Origin: Gammaproteobacteria bacterium
GTDB lineage: Bacteria > Pseudomonadota > Gammaproteobacteria > GCA-001735895
Assembly: GCA_030066315.1 (NCBI GenBank)
Contig: JASJBW010000007.1
Location: 1-43,960 of the forward strand
Direction: 5' to 3'
Length of the DNA stretch: 43,960 nucleotides
Shown: in pieces, positions 16,812 through 26,565 of the stretch
Layout of the letters: every line of letters begins with the position of its first letter
Numbering within the stretch: position 1 is the stretch's first letter
Translations under genes and position numbers: made by a program
Notes under the pieces: generated by a model
Databases searched by the model: none
What the model saw: the letters and a program-made list of their open reading frames with translations, nothing else
What the model was told of the DNA's origin: nothing

Positions 16812-18704
16812 ATGAGTAGTTACCAACAGATATATCAACAGTCTATAGAGGACCCCGACGGTTTCTGGGCAGCAGCGGCAGATCAACTGCATTGGTATAA
16901 AAAATGGGATCGGGTCATAGACATGCAGGCCAAACCCGTTCCACGCTGGTTCGAAGGTGGCGAAATCAACACTTGTTATAACGCGGTGGATCGGCACGTT
17001 GAATCCGGCTTGGGTGATCAGACGGCCATTATTTATGACTCACCCATAACCAACCAGCAAACCAAGATCAGTTATGCAGAACTTCTGGATCAAGTTTCCA
17101 GATTTGCCGGGGTTCTTCAAAAGCATGGAGCTGGTAAAGGGGATCGAGTCATCATCTATATGCCCATGATACCTGAAGCGGCGATTGCAATGCTGGCTTG
17201 TGCCCGAATAGGTGCCATCCACTCTGTTGTTTTTGGTGGTTTTGCCGCCAATGAACTGGCAACCCGTATTGATGATGCAAAACCTGTCATTATCGTATCC
17301 GCCAGTTGCGGTATCGAACCGGGTCGTGTGGTCAAATACAAACCCTTGCTGGATGAGGCGATAGATGTCGCAACACATAAGGTCAGTCGTTGCATCCTTA
17401 AAGCCCGCCCCCAAGCCGAGGCAGGCCTCATTGACGGTCGAGATTTTGACTGGGATACCGAAATAGACCCTGCTGAACCCGTAGATTGTGTCCCTGTTGC
17501 GTCCACAGATCCTCTGTACATTCTGTATACCTCGGGTACTACCGGTCAACCAAAAGGCGTTATTCGCGACAATGGTGGCCATGCCGTGGCCATGCATTGG
17601 ACCATGAAGAACATTTACAATGTAGACACCGGTGATGTCTATTGGGCCGCTTCTGACGTCGGCTGGGTGGTTGGTCATAGTTATATCGTTTATGCTCCTC
17701 TACTCAAAGGCTGCACCACCATCATGTATGAGGGTAAACCGGTGGGAACACCTGACCCAGGTGCATTTTGGCGCGTTATCAATGAACACCAGGTACGCGT
17801 TTTATTCACCGCCCCTACTGCCTTTCGTGCCATTAAAAAGGAAGACCCAGAAGGTCACTATCTCAAGAATTATGACCTATCCTGCATGGACGCTTTGTTT
17901 CTTGCCGGCGAGCGCTGCGACCCTGATACCTTATTCTGGGCCCGTGATAAATTACAAAAACCGGTTGTTGATCATTGGTGGCAAACTGAAACGGGCTGGG
18001 CAATCGCTTCCAATCCACTCGGAATTGAACCCATGGAAATCAAGCCTGGATCGCCTACGGTTTCAATGCCTGGATATGATGTTCAGGTATTGTCGGAAGA
18101 AGGGGAGCCAATGCCTGCTGGAGAAATGGGTAACATTGTTATTAAACTGCCTATGCCCCCTTCCTGCTTACCCAGCCTGTGGGGTAATGATCAACGTTTC
18201 ATCGATTCCTATTTATCCAAATATGAGGGTTATTACCTGACCGGTGATGCGGGCTACAAGGATGAGGATGGCTATCTTTGGATCATGAGTCGCACAGACG
18301 ACGTCATCAATGTGGCGGGGCACCGCCTTTCTACAGGTGCGATGGAAGAGGTATTGTCAGGACATGAAGATATCGCGGAATGTGCGGTCATTGGCGTCGC
18401 CGATGCCTTGAAAGGTCAGATGCCATTGGGCTTATTAGTTCTGAAAGCGGGGATTGATCGACCAGAAGAAGAGATCGTTAAAGAACTGGTGCAGAGGGTT
18501 CGTGATCAAATCGGTCCGGTGGCGGCCTTCAAGATGGCTAAAATCGTTAAGCGCTTGCCCAAAACCCGTTCCGGAAAAATTCTTCGTGGCACCATGGTCA
18601 GTATTGCTGATGGTAAGGAATGGAAGATGCCGGCAACGATCGATGATCCCGCCATACTCAATGAAATCACCGAAGCCCTGCAGTCGCTCGGCTACGCCAA
18701 ATAA
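16812..18704 (+). CDS. prpE: Propionyl-CoA synthetase (acyl-CoA synthetase)
   Basis: YTSGTTGQPKG, WAASDVGWVVGHSYIVY, DHWWQTE and [10 protein letters not shown] motifs; directly upstream of prpBC. Confidence 0.9.
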   Translation: MSSYQQIYQQSIEDPDGFWAAAADQLHWYKKWDRVIDMQAKPVPRWFEGGEINTCYNAVDRHVESGLGDQTAIIYDSPITNQQTKISYAELLDQVSRFAGVLQKHGAGKGDRVIIYMPMIPEAAIAMLACARIGAIHSVVFGGFAANELATRIDDAKPVIIVSASCGIEPGRVVKYKPLLDEAIDVATHKVSRCILKARPQAEAGLIDGRDFDWDTEIDPAEPVDCVPVASTDPLYILYTSGTTGQPKGVIRDNGGHAVAMHWTMKNIYNVDTGDVYWAASDVGWVVGHSYIVYAPLLKGCTTIMYEGKPVGTPDPGAFWRVINEHQVRVLFTAPTAFRAIKKEDPEGHYLKNYDLSCMDALFLAGERCDPDTLFWARDKLQKPVVDHWWQTETGWAIASNPLGIEPMEIKPGSPTVSMPGYDVQVLSEEGEPMPAGEMGNIVIKLPMPPSCLPSLWGNDQRFIDSYLSKYEGYYLTGDAGYKDEDGYLWIMSRTDDVINVAGHRLSTGAMEEVLSGHEDIAECAVIGVADALKGQMPLGLLVLKAGIDRPEEEIVKELVQRVRDQIGPVAAFKMAKIVKRLPKTRSGKILRGTMVSIADGKEWKMPATIDDPAILNEITEALQSLGYAK

Positions 18705-18719
18705 TTAAAGGGTACGCTT

Positions 18720-19607
18720 ATGAGCCAGACTTCACCTGGGAAAATTTTTCGTCAACTGGTTGCCTCAGAAAATCCGTTACAATGCGTTGGGGCAATCAAT
18801 GCCTATCATGCTCGTCTTGCACAGGCCTCCGGTTTCAAATCACTGTATATCTCCGGAGGTGGAGTCGCTGCGGGTTCTTGTGGTATTCCAGACTTGGGCA
18901 TCACCACTTTAGAAGATGTACTTACCGATTTACGTCGTATCACTGATGTCACTGATCTACCGGTTTTAGTGGATATTGATGTGGGCTGGGGAGGTGCTTT
19001 CAACATTGCCCGGGCCATTCGCTCCATGACCAAGTTTGGAGCAGCCGCTATACATATCGAAGACCAGGTCATGCAGAAACGTTGTGGTCACCGACCTAAT
19101 AAAGCCATTGTTTCTCAACAGGAAATGGTAGACCGCATCAAAGCGGCCGTCGATGCCAAGATAGATCCTGATTTTGTTATCATGGCCCGAACTGATGCTC
19201 TGGCAGTCGAAGGACTTCAATCTGCGATTGATCGCGCCGGTGCCTGTGTAGAAGCGGGTGCAGACATGATATTTCCTGAAGCTATCACCGAACTGGAGAT
19301 GTACCAGCAATTCATTGATGCCGTAAAGGTGCCGGTGCTGGCCAATATAACCGAGTTTGGCTCTACCCCTTTATTTACTACAGAAGAACTCGCAGGTGCT
19401 GGAGTCAGCATTGCACTGTATCCATTATCAGCTTTTCGCGCAGCCAATGCGGCTGCACTGAAGGTTTACCAAACGCTTATCACCGAAGGTAGTCAAAAAA
19501 ATGTAATCGATACCATGCAGACCCGGGCCGATCTTTATGACTACCTTGATTATCACAGTTACGAACAGAAACTCGATGCTCTGTTTGAGGAGGAGAAAGA
19601 ATTATGA
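18720..19607 (+). CDS. prpB: 2-methylisocitrate lyase
   Basis: KRCGHRPNK signature, [13 protein letters not shown] and YEQKLD. Confidence 0.97.
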   Translation: MSQTSPGKIFRQLVASENPLQCVGAINAYHARLAQASGFKSLYISGGGVAAGSCGIPDLGITTLEDVLTDLRRITDVTDLPVLVDIDVGWGGAFNIARAIRSMTKFGAAAIHIEDQVMQKRCGHRPNKAIVSQQEMVDRIKAAVDAKIDPDFVIMARTDALAVEGLQSAIDRAGACVEAGADMIFPEAITELEMYQQFIDAVKVPVLANITEFGSTPLFTTEELAGAGVSIALYPLSAFRAANAAALKVYQTLITEGSQKNVIDTMQTRADLYDYLDYHSYEQKLDALFEEEKEL

Positions 19608-20758
19608 ATGCAACTGCCAATCAGATATTACCTAAAGCTAAAAAATCAGTAGCGCTGTCCGGCACTGCCGCTGGCAATACCGCAATCTGTACGGTAGGCC
19701 GAACGGGCAATGATCTGCACTATCGAGGCTACGATATTCTGGATTTTGCAGAAAAAGCGGAATTTGAAGAAATTGCCTATTTATTGATTCATGGGCATTT
19801 ACCCACCATGGCAGAATTAAATGCCTATAAAACCAAGCTTAAATCATTACGCAGTTTACCTCAGGCTGTAAAAAAAGCACTTGAAGCGATTCCAGCAACA
19901 GCCCATCCCATGGATGTCATGCGCACAGCATGTTCCGTGATGGGAACCTGCGTTCCCGAGAAGGATGATCATCCTGCTGCTGAAGCTCGGGATATCATTG
20001 ATCGCCTGATGGCCAATTTCGGCTCTGCCTTACTCTACTGGTACCACTTTGCTGTGAACGGCAAACGTATCGAGGTGGACACCGATGATGATTCCATTGG
20101 GGGTCATTTCCTGCACCTATTGCATGGCGAAAAACCTTCCGATTCCTGGGTAAGAGCCATGCATACCTCATTAATTCTATATGCTGAACATGAGTTCAAT
20201 GCCTCTACATTTACAGCCCGTGTCATCGCGGGTACTAACTCAGACATGTACTCCGCCATTACCGGTGCCATAGGAGCCTTAAGAGGTCCTAAACATGGAG
20301 GGGCCAACGAAGAGGCTTTCCGAATTCAAAGTCGTTACAATTCAGCTGATGAGGCTGAACAGAACATTCGCGAAAGGGTTGCTCGGAAAGAAATTGTCAT
20401 AGGTTTTGGTCATCCAGTGTATACCGTGGGTGATCCACGTAATGAAGTGATCAAGCGCGTCGCTAAAGAATTATCTGATGAAGCCGGAAATACTAAAATG
20501 TTCGATATTGCTGAACGTCTTGAATCCGTAATGTGGGCAATAAAAAAGATGTTCCCTAACCTTGACTGGTTTTCAGCCGTATCCTACAACCAGATGGGAG
20601 TCCCCACAGATATGTTTACTCCATTATTCGTGATTGCAAGGGTAACCGGTTGGGGTGCTCACGTTATTGAACAGCGTGAGGATGGCAAGATCATACGTCC
20701 TTCAGCCAATTATATTGGTCCCGAGAATCGGGAGTTTATTCCTATTGAAAACCGTTAA
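19604..20758 (+). CDS. prpC: 2-methylcitrate synthase
   Basis: [11 protein letters not shown]-terminus, [25 protein letters not shown] and FPNLDWF; overlaps prpB. Confidence 0.96.
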   Translation: MNATANQILPKAKKSVALSGTAAGNTAICTVGRTGNDLHYRGYDILDFAEKAEFEEIAYLLIHGHLPTMAELNAYKTKLKSLRSLPQAVKKALEAIPATAHPMDVMRTACSVMGTCVPEKDDHPAAEARDIIDRLMANFGSALLYWYHFAVNGKRIEVDTDDDSIGGHFLHLLHGEKPSDSWVRAMHTSLILYAEHEFNASTFTARVIAGTNSDMYSAITGAIGALRGPKHGGANEEAFRIQSRYNSADEAEQNIRERVARKEIVIGFGHPVYTVGDPRNEVIKRVAKELSDEAGNTKMFDIAERLESVMWAIKKMFPNLDWFSAVSYNQMGVPTDMFTPLFVIARVTGWGAHVIEQREDGKIIRPSANYIGPENREFIPIENR

Positions 20759-20828
20759 TCCTGGTTAACTATGACAAGTGATATCAAAGAAGCCATAGCA
20801 TCCAAAACCATCGATAGAGGATTCTCCT

Positions 20829-21818
20829 ATGAACTCATTTAGTGCCTTTTATGCCACCGAGTCTGAGCAAGGCCCACTTATACAACAAACCACATTAACT
20901 CAAGACGATTTAATGCCGGGTAATGTGACCGTCCAAGTGAAATACTCAACCATCAATTATAAAGATGCCCTGGCGCTTACGGGCTCCGCCCCCATTTTAA
21001 GAAAACTGCCGATCATACCCGGTATTGATTTTGCCGGTGAGGTGATCGAGTCTTCTGACGAGCGTTTCTCAATCGGTGACGAAGTACTACTCAATGGTTT
21101 TGGTGTGGGAGAAACCCACAGTGGTGGTTATGCCCAGATGGCACGGGTTAATGCTGACTGGTTGGTCAGGCTACCTAATAATATCGATTGTCGCCAGGCC
21201 ATGGCTATCGGTACGGCAGGTTATACCGCCATGCTCTGTATTCTGGCATTGGAAGATCACGGTGTTAACCCTGATGACGGCCCTGTATTGGTAACGGGAG
21301 CATCTGGAGGTGTGGGCAGCGTAGCCGTATCGGTCTTGAGTAAATTGGGCTATTCAGTCAGTGCCTCAACCGGAAAACTAACGGAAAGTGATTATCTTAA
21401 ATCTCTGGGCGCCATTGAAGTGGTTGACAGGAATGACTTTGCACAAAAACCACGTCCCCTTGGAAAAGAACTTTGGGCTGCAGCCGTTGATGTTGCGGGT
21501 GGGCAAACCCTCGCCAATGTACTCAGTCAAACTCGTCGTGCAGGGGCCGTTGCTGCTTGTGGTTTGGCGGAATCGATGGATCTTCCCACCTCTGTGGCTC
21601 CATTTATACTGCGTGGCATTACCCTCTACGGTATAGATTCCGTGATGTGTCCAATGGAAAGAAGAATACAGGCCTGGAGTCGCCTCAGTCAGGATCTTGA
21701 TCTTGAAAGACTTGAATCAATGACCTCAGAGATACCTTTTGATGATTTACCGGCAGCCACACAGGATTTATTGGCAGGGAAATTAAAAGGCAGAACTGTC
21801 GTTAAACTTCCAGATTAA
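20829..21818 (+). CDS. acuI: Acryloyl-CoA reductase AcuI (YhdH/YhfP family MDR oxidoreductase)
   Basis: YSTINYKDAL, PGIDFAG, AMAIGTAGYTA, VTGASGGVGS, VAACGLA and PFILRGI..GIDSV motifs. Confidence 0.88.
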   Translation: MNSFSAFYATESEQGPLIQQTTLTQDDLMPGNVTVQVKYSTINYKDALALTGSAPILRKLPIIPGIDFAGEVIESSDERFSIGDEVLLNGFGVGETHSGGYAQMARVNADWLVRLPNNIDCRQAMAIGTAGYTAMLCILALEDHGVNPDDGPVLVTGASGGVGSVAVSVLSKLGYSVSASTGKLTESDYLKSLGAIEVVDRNDFAQKPRPLGKELWAAAVDVAGGQTLANVLSQTRRAGAVAACGLAESMDLPTSVAPFILRGITLYGIDSVMCPMERRIQAWSRLSQDLDLERLESMTSEIPFDDLPAATQDLLAGKLKGRTVVKLPD

Positions 21819-21859
21819 GTTAATCCCAGTGATCCCGTAAATGAAATCCATGTGAAAGT

Positions 21860-24469
21860 ATGAATAACCATTATCGCAAACCTTTACCCGACACAGCATT
21901 GGATTATTACGATGCCCGTTCCGCGGTGGAATCGATCCAGCCCGGTGCCTACGATACATTACCCTACACCTCACGAGTTCTGGCGGAACAATTAGTACGT
22001 CGCTGTGAACCTGCAGTATTCACTGAATCATTAAAACAAATCATCGGTCGTAAACGTGACCAGGATTTTCCCTGGTACCCGGCACGAGTCGTATGCCACG
22101 ACATTCTGGGACAAACGGCTCTGGTCGACCTGGCAGGGTTACGTGATGCCATCGCTGATCAGGGCGGTGATCCATCCAAGGTTAATCCGGTAGTACCCAC
22201 CCAGTTGATTGTGGATCATTCCCTGTCTGTCGAATGCGGAGGTTTTGATCCGGATGCTTTTGAAAAAAACCGGGCCATCGAAGACCGTCGCAACGAAGAC
22301 CGTTTCCATTTCATCGAATGGACTAAAACTGCATTCGATAATGTGGATGTGATACCTGCTGGAAACGGTATCATGCACCAGATCAACCTGGAGAAAATGT
22401 CTCCGGTCATCCAGTCTCGAGACGGAATTGCCTTCCCTGATACCTGTGTAGGCACGGACAGTCATACGCCCCATATTGACTGTCTGGGCGTCATTGCCAT
22501 TGGTGTAGGTGGTCTGGAAGCCGAAACGGTCATGCTGGGCCGCCCCACCATGATGCGTTTACCAGAGATAGTCGGTGTAAAATTGACCGGAAAACGCCAA
22601 CCTGACATCACCGCTACTGATATTGTACTGGCCCTGACCGAGTTCCTGCGTAGCGAAAAAGTGGTTTCCGCCTATCTGGAATTTTTTGGAGAAGGTGCTG
22701 CCGATTTAACGATTGGAGACCGGGCCACCATCTCCAATATGACACCTGAGTTTGGTGCTTCGGCGGGTATGTTTTACATTGATCAACAAACCATCGATTA
22801 CCTGAAGTTGACTGGCCGCGATGCACAGCAAGTGGCACTGGTAGAACACTATGCGAAGACGACCGGCCTGTGGGCTGAACACCTGGAAAATGCTCAATAC
22901 GAGCGCATGCTGGAGTTTGACCTGTCGGTTGTGGAGCGCAATATGGCGGGCCCCTCTAATCCACACCGTCGCCTACCCACCTCTGCCCTGTCAGAACGTG
23001 GTATTGCTACCGACCTTAACCAGGTGTTAGCCGAAGAGGCAGAAGGTAAGATGCCGGATGGCGCTGTAATCATAGCTGCCATTACCAGCTGTACCAATAC
23101 CAGCAACCCTCGTAACGTGGTCGCTGCTGGCCTGGTTGCCCGTAAAGCAAACGAACTGGGCCTGGTCCGTAAGCCTTGGGTCAAGTCCTCGTTTGCACCG
23201 GGTTCCAAAGTCGCCAGGCTCTACCTGGAAGAAGCCGGCCTGTTACCGGAACTTGAAAAATTGGGCTTTGGCATCGTTGCCTATGCCTGTACCACCTGTA
23301 ACGGTATGAGTGGCGCGCTAGATCCTAAAATTCAGCAAGAAGTTATTGATCGTGACCTTTACGCTACCGCAGTACTCTCTGGCAATCGAAATTTTGACGG
23401 TCGTATTCATCCCTATGCCAAACAGGCCTTCCTGGCTTCTCCCCCGCTGGTCGTCGCCTATGCCATTGCCGGAACGATACGTTTCGACATCGAGAAGGAT
23501 GCCTTGGGTACCGATGCCAATGGTAAACCGATCACGCTGAAGGACATTTGGCCCCACGATGAAGAAATTGATGCCATCGTTAATCAATACGTCAAACCTG
23601 AACAGTTTCGTAGAGTATACGATCCTATGTTTGACCTTGGCACCATTGAAAAAGCGGATAGTCCACTCTACGCATGGAGACCCCAAAGTACCTACATTCG
23701 ACGTCCACCCTATTGGGAAGGTGCGCTGGCTGGAGAACGCAGCATGAAGGGCATGCGTCCCTTGGCAGTGCTCGGCGACAATATTACAACAGACCACTTA
23801 TCGCCCTCAAACGCGATCCTGGCCAGCAGCGCAGCCGGCGAATATCTGGCCAGTATGGGATTACCCGAGGAAGACTTTAATTCCTACGCAACGCATCGTG
23901 GCGATCACTTGACTGCTCAGCGTGCAACTTTTGCCAATCCCAAGCTATTGAATGAAATGTGCAGAAATGGAAACGGTGAAATCAAACAGGGTTCTTTGGC
24001 CCGGATCGAGCCGGACGGTAAGCGTACGCGCATGTGGGAAGCTATTGAGACCTATATGCAACGCAAGCAACCACTTTGTATCATTGCGGGCGCGGATTAC
24101 GGTCAGGGTTCATCCAGAGACTGGGCGGCCAAAGGTGTCCGTCTAGCCGGCGTCGAGGCCATCGTGGCCGAGGGCTTCGAACGTATTCACCGAACCAACC
24201 TGGTAGGAATGGGCGTACTGCCCCTGCAATTCAAAAATGGTGAGACACGCAATACCTATCATATTGACGGTACCGAAACTTTCGATGTCATGGGTGAACC
24301 GACGCCTCGGGCTGAATTAATCGTCGTCATGCATCGAAGTGATGGCACCATAGTCGAAATTCCGGTGACTTGCCGACTGGATACCGCAGAAGAAGTGTCT
24401 GTCTACCAGGCCGGCGGGGTCCTGCAACGATTTGCCCAGGATTTTCTTGAATCATCGGCTGCTGCCTAG
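21860..24469 (+). CDS. acnD: Fe/S-dependent 2-methylisocitrate dehydratase
   Basis: PARVVCHDILGQTALVDLAGLRD, AITSCTNTSNP and CTTCNGMSG Fe-S ligand motifs; upstream of prpF. Confidence 0.96.
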   Translation: MNNHYRKPLPDTALDYYDARSAVESIQPGAYDTLPYTSRVLAEQLVRRCEPAVFTESLKQIIGRKRDQDFPWYPARVVCHDILGQTALVDLAGLRDAIADQGGDPSKVNPVVPTQLIVDHSLSVECGGFDPDAFEKNRAIEDRRNEDRFHFIEWTKTAFDNVDVIPAGNGIMHQINLEKMSPVIQSRDGIAFPDTCVGTDSHTPHIDCLGVIAIGVGGLEAETVMLGRPTMMRLPEIVGVKLTGKRQPDITATDIVLALTEFLRSEKVVSAYLEFFGEGAADLTIGDRATISNMTPEFGASAGMFYIDQQTIDYLKLTGRDAQQVALVEHYAKTTGLWAEHLENAQYERMLEFDLSVVERNMAGPSNPHRRLPTSALSERGIATDLNQVLAEEAEGKMPDGAVIIAAITSCTNTSNPRNVVAAGLVARKANELGLVRKPWVKSSFAPGSKVARLYLEEAGLLPELEKLGFGIVAYACTTCNGMSGALDPKIQQEVIDRDLYATAVLSGNRNFDGRIHPYAKQAFLASPPLVVAYAIAGTIRFDIEKDALGTDANGKPITLKDIWPHDEEIDAIVNQYVKPEQFRRVYDPMFDLGTIEKADSPLYAWRPQSTYIRRPPYWEGALAGERSMKGMRPLAVLGDNITTDHLSPSNAILASSAAGEYLASMGLPEEDFNSYATHRGDHLTAQRATFANPKLLNEMCRNGNGEIKQGSLARIEPDGKRTRMWEAIETYMQRKQPLCIIAGADYGQGSSRDWAAKGVRLAGVEAIVAEGFERIHRTNLVGMGVLPLQFKNGETRNTYHIDGTETFDVMGEPTPRAELIVVMHRSDGTIVEIPVTCRLDTAEEVSVYQAGGVLQRFAQDFLESSAAA

Positions 24470-24480
24470 GGAGGCTCCGC

Positions 24481-25659
24481 TTGGCATACGCACCACAAAT
24501 CAAGATCCCTGCTACCTATATGCGCGGTGGTACTAGCAAAGGCGTTTTCTTTAACCTGGCTGACCTACCCGAGAGTGCACAAGTAGCGGGGGAGACAAGA
24601 GACAAACTGCTGCTGCGCGTCATCGGCAGTCCAGATCCTTACGGTAAACAGACCGATGGTATGGGTGGCGCAACCTCAAGCACCAGTAAAACGGTCATTC
24701 TTAGCAAGAGTGACCAACCGGATCATGATGTCGATTATTTGTTTGGACAGGTTTCTATCGATAAACCTGTTGTAGATTGGAGTGGGAATTGCGGCAACCT
24801 GACTGCAGCCGTGGGTTCCTTTGCTATTGCCAGTGGCTTGGTCAGTGCAGAACGTATCCCCGATAACGGTAAAGCCGTGGTGAGAATTTGGCAAAAAAAT
24901 ATACAAAAAACCATCATCGCCCACGTGCCCATCACCAATGGTGAAGTTCAGGAAACTGGAGAGTTTGAACTGGATGGTGTCACTTTTCCAGCAGCGGAGA
25001 TACAAATAGATTTTATCAACCCAGTGGACGCTTCAGAAGCCATGTTTCCAACCGGTAACACGGTAGATAACCTGGAAGTACCCGGTATTGGTAACTTTAA
25101 GGCGACGATGATCAATGCCGGTATTCCTACCATTTTTCTCAATGCAGAAGAGATTGGTTATCAAGGCAACGAACTTCAGCAGGCGATTAACGAAGATGAC
25201 GAGGCATTGAGAATGTTTGAAACCATTCGTGCCTATGGCGCATTACAGATGGGCCTGATCGAACAGGTGGAAGAAGCTGCTGCACGTCAACATACACCAA
25301 AAGTAGCATTTGTCTCAGAAGCAAAATCTTATCGTGCATCCAGTGGCAAGAACATTAATAGCTCAGACATCGATTTGAATGTTCGCGCACTATCCATGGG
25401 TAAATTGCACCATGCCATGATGGGTACAGCTGCCGTCGCCATCGGTACCGCCGCAGCCATACCCGGCACTTTGGTCAATCTGGCTTCCGGTGGCGGTCAT
25501 CGTGAATCGGTAACCTTCGGCCACCCTTCAGGAACCTTAAAAGTAGGCGCAGAAGCGAGTAACATTGAGGGTAACTGGACGGTCAACAAGGTAGTCATGA
25601 GCCGTAGCGCTCGTGTACTCATGGAAGGCTGGGTACGTATACCTCGAGACATCTTCTAA
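24481..25659 (+). CDS. prpF: 2-methylaconitate cis-trans isomerase
   Basis: YMRGGTSKG, SGNCGN, HHAMMGT, GHPSG and SRSARVLMEG motifs; TTG start with GGAGG RBS. Confidence 0.96.
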   Translation: MAYAPQIKIPATYMRGGTSKGVFFNLADLPESAQVAGETRDKLLLRVIGSPDPYGKQTDGMGGATSSTSKTVILSKSDQPDHDVDYLFGQVSIDKPVVDWSGNCGNLTAAVGSFAIASGLVSAERIPDNGKAVVRIWQKNIQKTIIAHVPITNGEVQETGEFELDGVTFPAAEIQIDFINPVDASEAMFPTGNTVDNLEVPGIGNFKATMINAGIPTIFLNAEEIGYQGNELQQAINEDDEALRMFETIRAYGALQMGLIEQVEEAAARQHTPKVAFVSEAKSYRASSGKNINSSDIDLNVRALSMGKLHHAMMGTAAVAIGTAAAIPGTLVNLASGGGHRESVTFGHPSGTLKVGAEASNIEGNWTVNKVVMSRSARVLMEGWVRIPRDIF

Positions 25660-25831
25660 AAACATCCCTGCGCTTTGCCAGGATCCCAGATTACCCACAA
25701 TCCTGGGGTACTGTACTGCATGACTATATAGAACGGGAAATCGGCGACGTTCGAGATTAATCCCGATGCGCAATCATAGCCGTTTTCCGGGGTCGTGAAT
25801 TCGTCCCATAACCTACCATGAATAAGGTGCT

Positions 25832-26500
25832 TTAGAATAGCGCCTCCAGTTCTGACATGGACTGGATAGTATGGGTTGGACGCCCCCCCCAAGGATCCAT
25901 CTGTTGCTGATCAGTTCGTTTGATCCAAATACTGTTCATGCCATAGGAACTGGCACCAATCACATCAAACGCATTCCCAGAAATGAGCCAGCTGTCGGTG
26001 GCACGGGCATTGGTACGGTCTAAAAAATGCTGATAAACCATGGGGTCTGGTTTGTATTTTTGAATTTCATCCACACTGATAATGTCTTTGAAGTACTGAT
26101 TAATGGCCACATCTTCGAATAATCGTTCTACATCTTCCAGGGGACCATTGGTCAGCGCATAGATCTTGATATCACTACGTTCACTGATTGAGCTCAGACA
26201 AGGCATAACATCTTTATAAGCAGGCAGTGTCTGATAACGCTTGATCAAGCTGAAATGTTGATCACGAGTGATGTTTACACCGAATGCCTCGATGCAATAG
26301 TCCAGAGCGTTGGATGTACAGGTATAGAAAGGTTCATACTGATTCATCATGCTGCGACGAAACGAATATTCGAGTTGTTTATCCCGCCACAGGGTGGCAA
26401 AAGGCATCGCTTTATCTTCACCGATATATCGCTGCAATAAATCGACCATGCCATAGGTATTGATCAGAGTGCCATAAACATCAAAAGCCAGTGTCGCCAT
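25832..26500 (-). CDS. Haloacid dehalogenase type II (HAD superfamily hydrolase)
   Basis: FDVYGTL motif I, WRDKQLEY, TNG, YKPDP and ISGNAFDVIGA. Confidence 0.9.
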   Translation of the reverse strand: MATLAFDVYGTLINTYGMVDLLQRYIGEDKAMPFATLWRDKQLEYSFRRSMMNQYEPFYTCTSNALDYCIEAFGVNITRDQHFSLIKRYQTLPAYKDVMPCLSSISERSDIKIYALTNGPLEDVERLFEDVAINQYFKDIISVDEIQKYKPDPMVYQHFLDRTNARATDSWLISGNAFDVIGASSYGMNSIWIKRTDQQQMDPWGGRPTHTIQSMSELEALF

Positions 26501-26517
26501 AAATAGGTTCCAGGGTC

Positions 26518-26545
26518 AAAAAAGCCGACATCCAAAGATGCCGGC
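26518..26545 (-). terminator. Intrinsic terminator after acs
   Basis: Minus strand reads GCCGGCATC-tttg-GATGTCGGC-TTTTTT. Confidence 0.8.
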
Positions 26546-26565
26546 CAGTTTAGATTCAATCTTAT

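Noticed and set aside
17040-18240. Long alternative-frame ORFs inside prpE (212 aa and 202 aa)
   Set aside because: Shadow ORFs of a conserved enzyme gene, with no protein-like motifs.
25883-25890. C8 homopolymer in the HAD gene as a phase-variation tract
   Set aside because: It is in frame (encodes W-G-G), short, and in a cytoplasmic enzyme.
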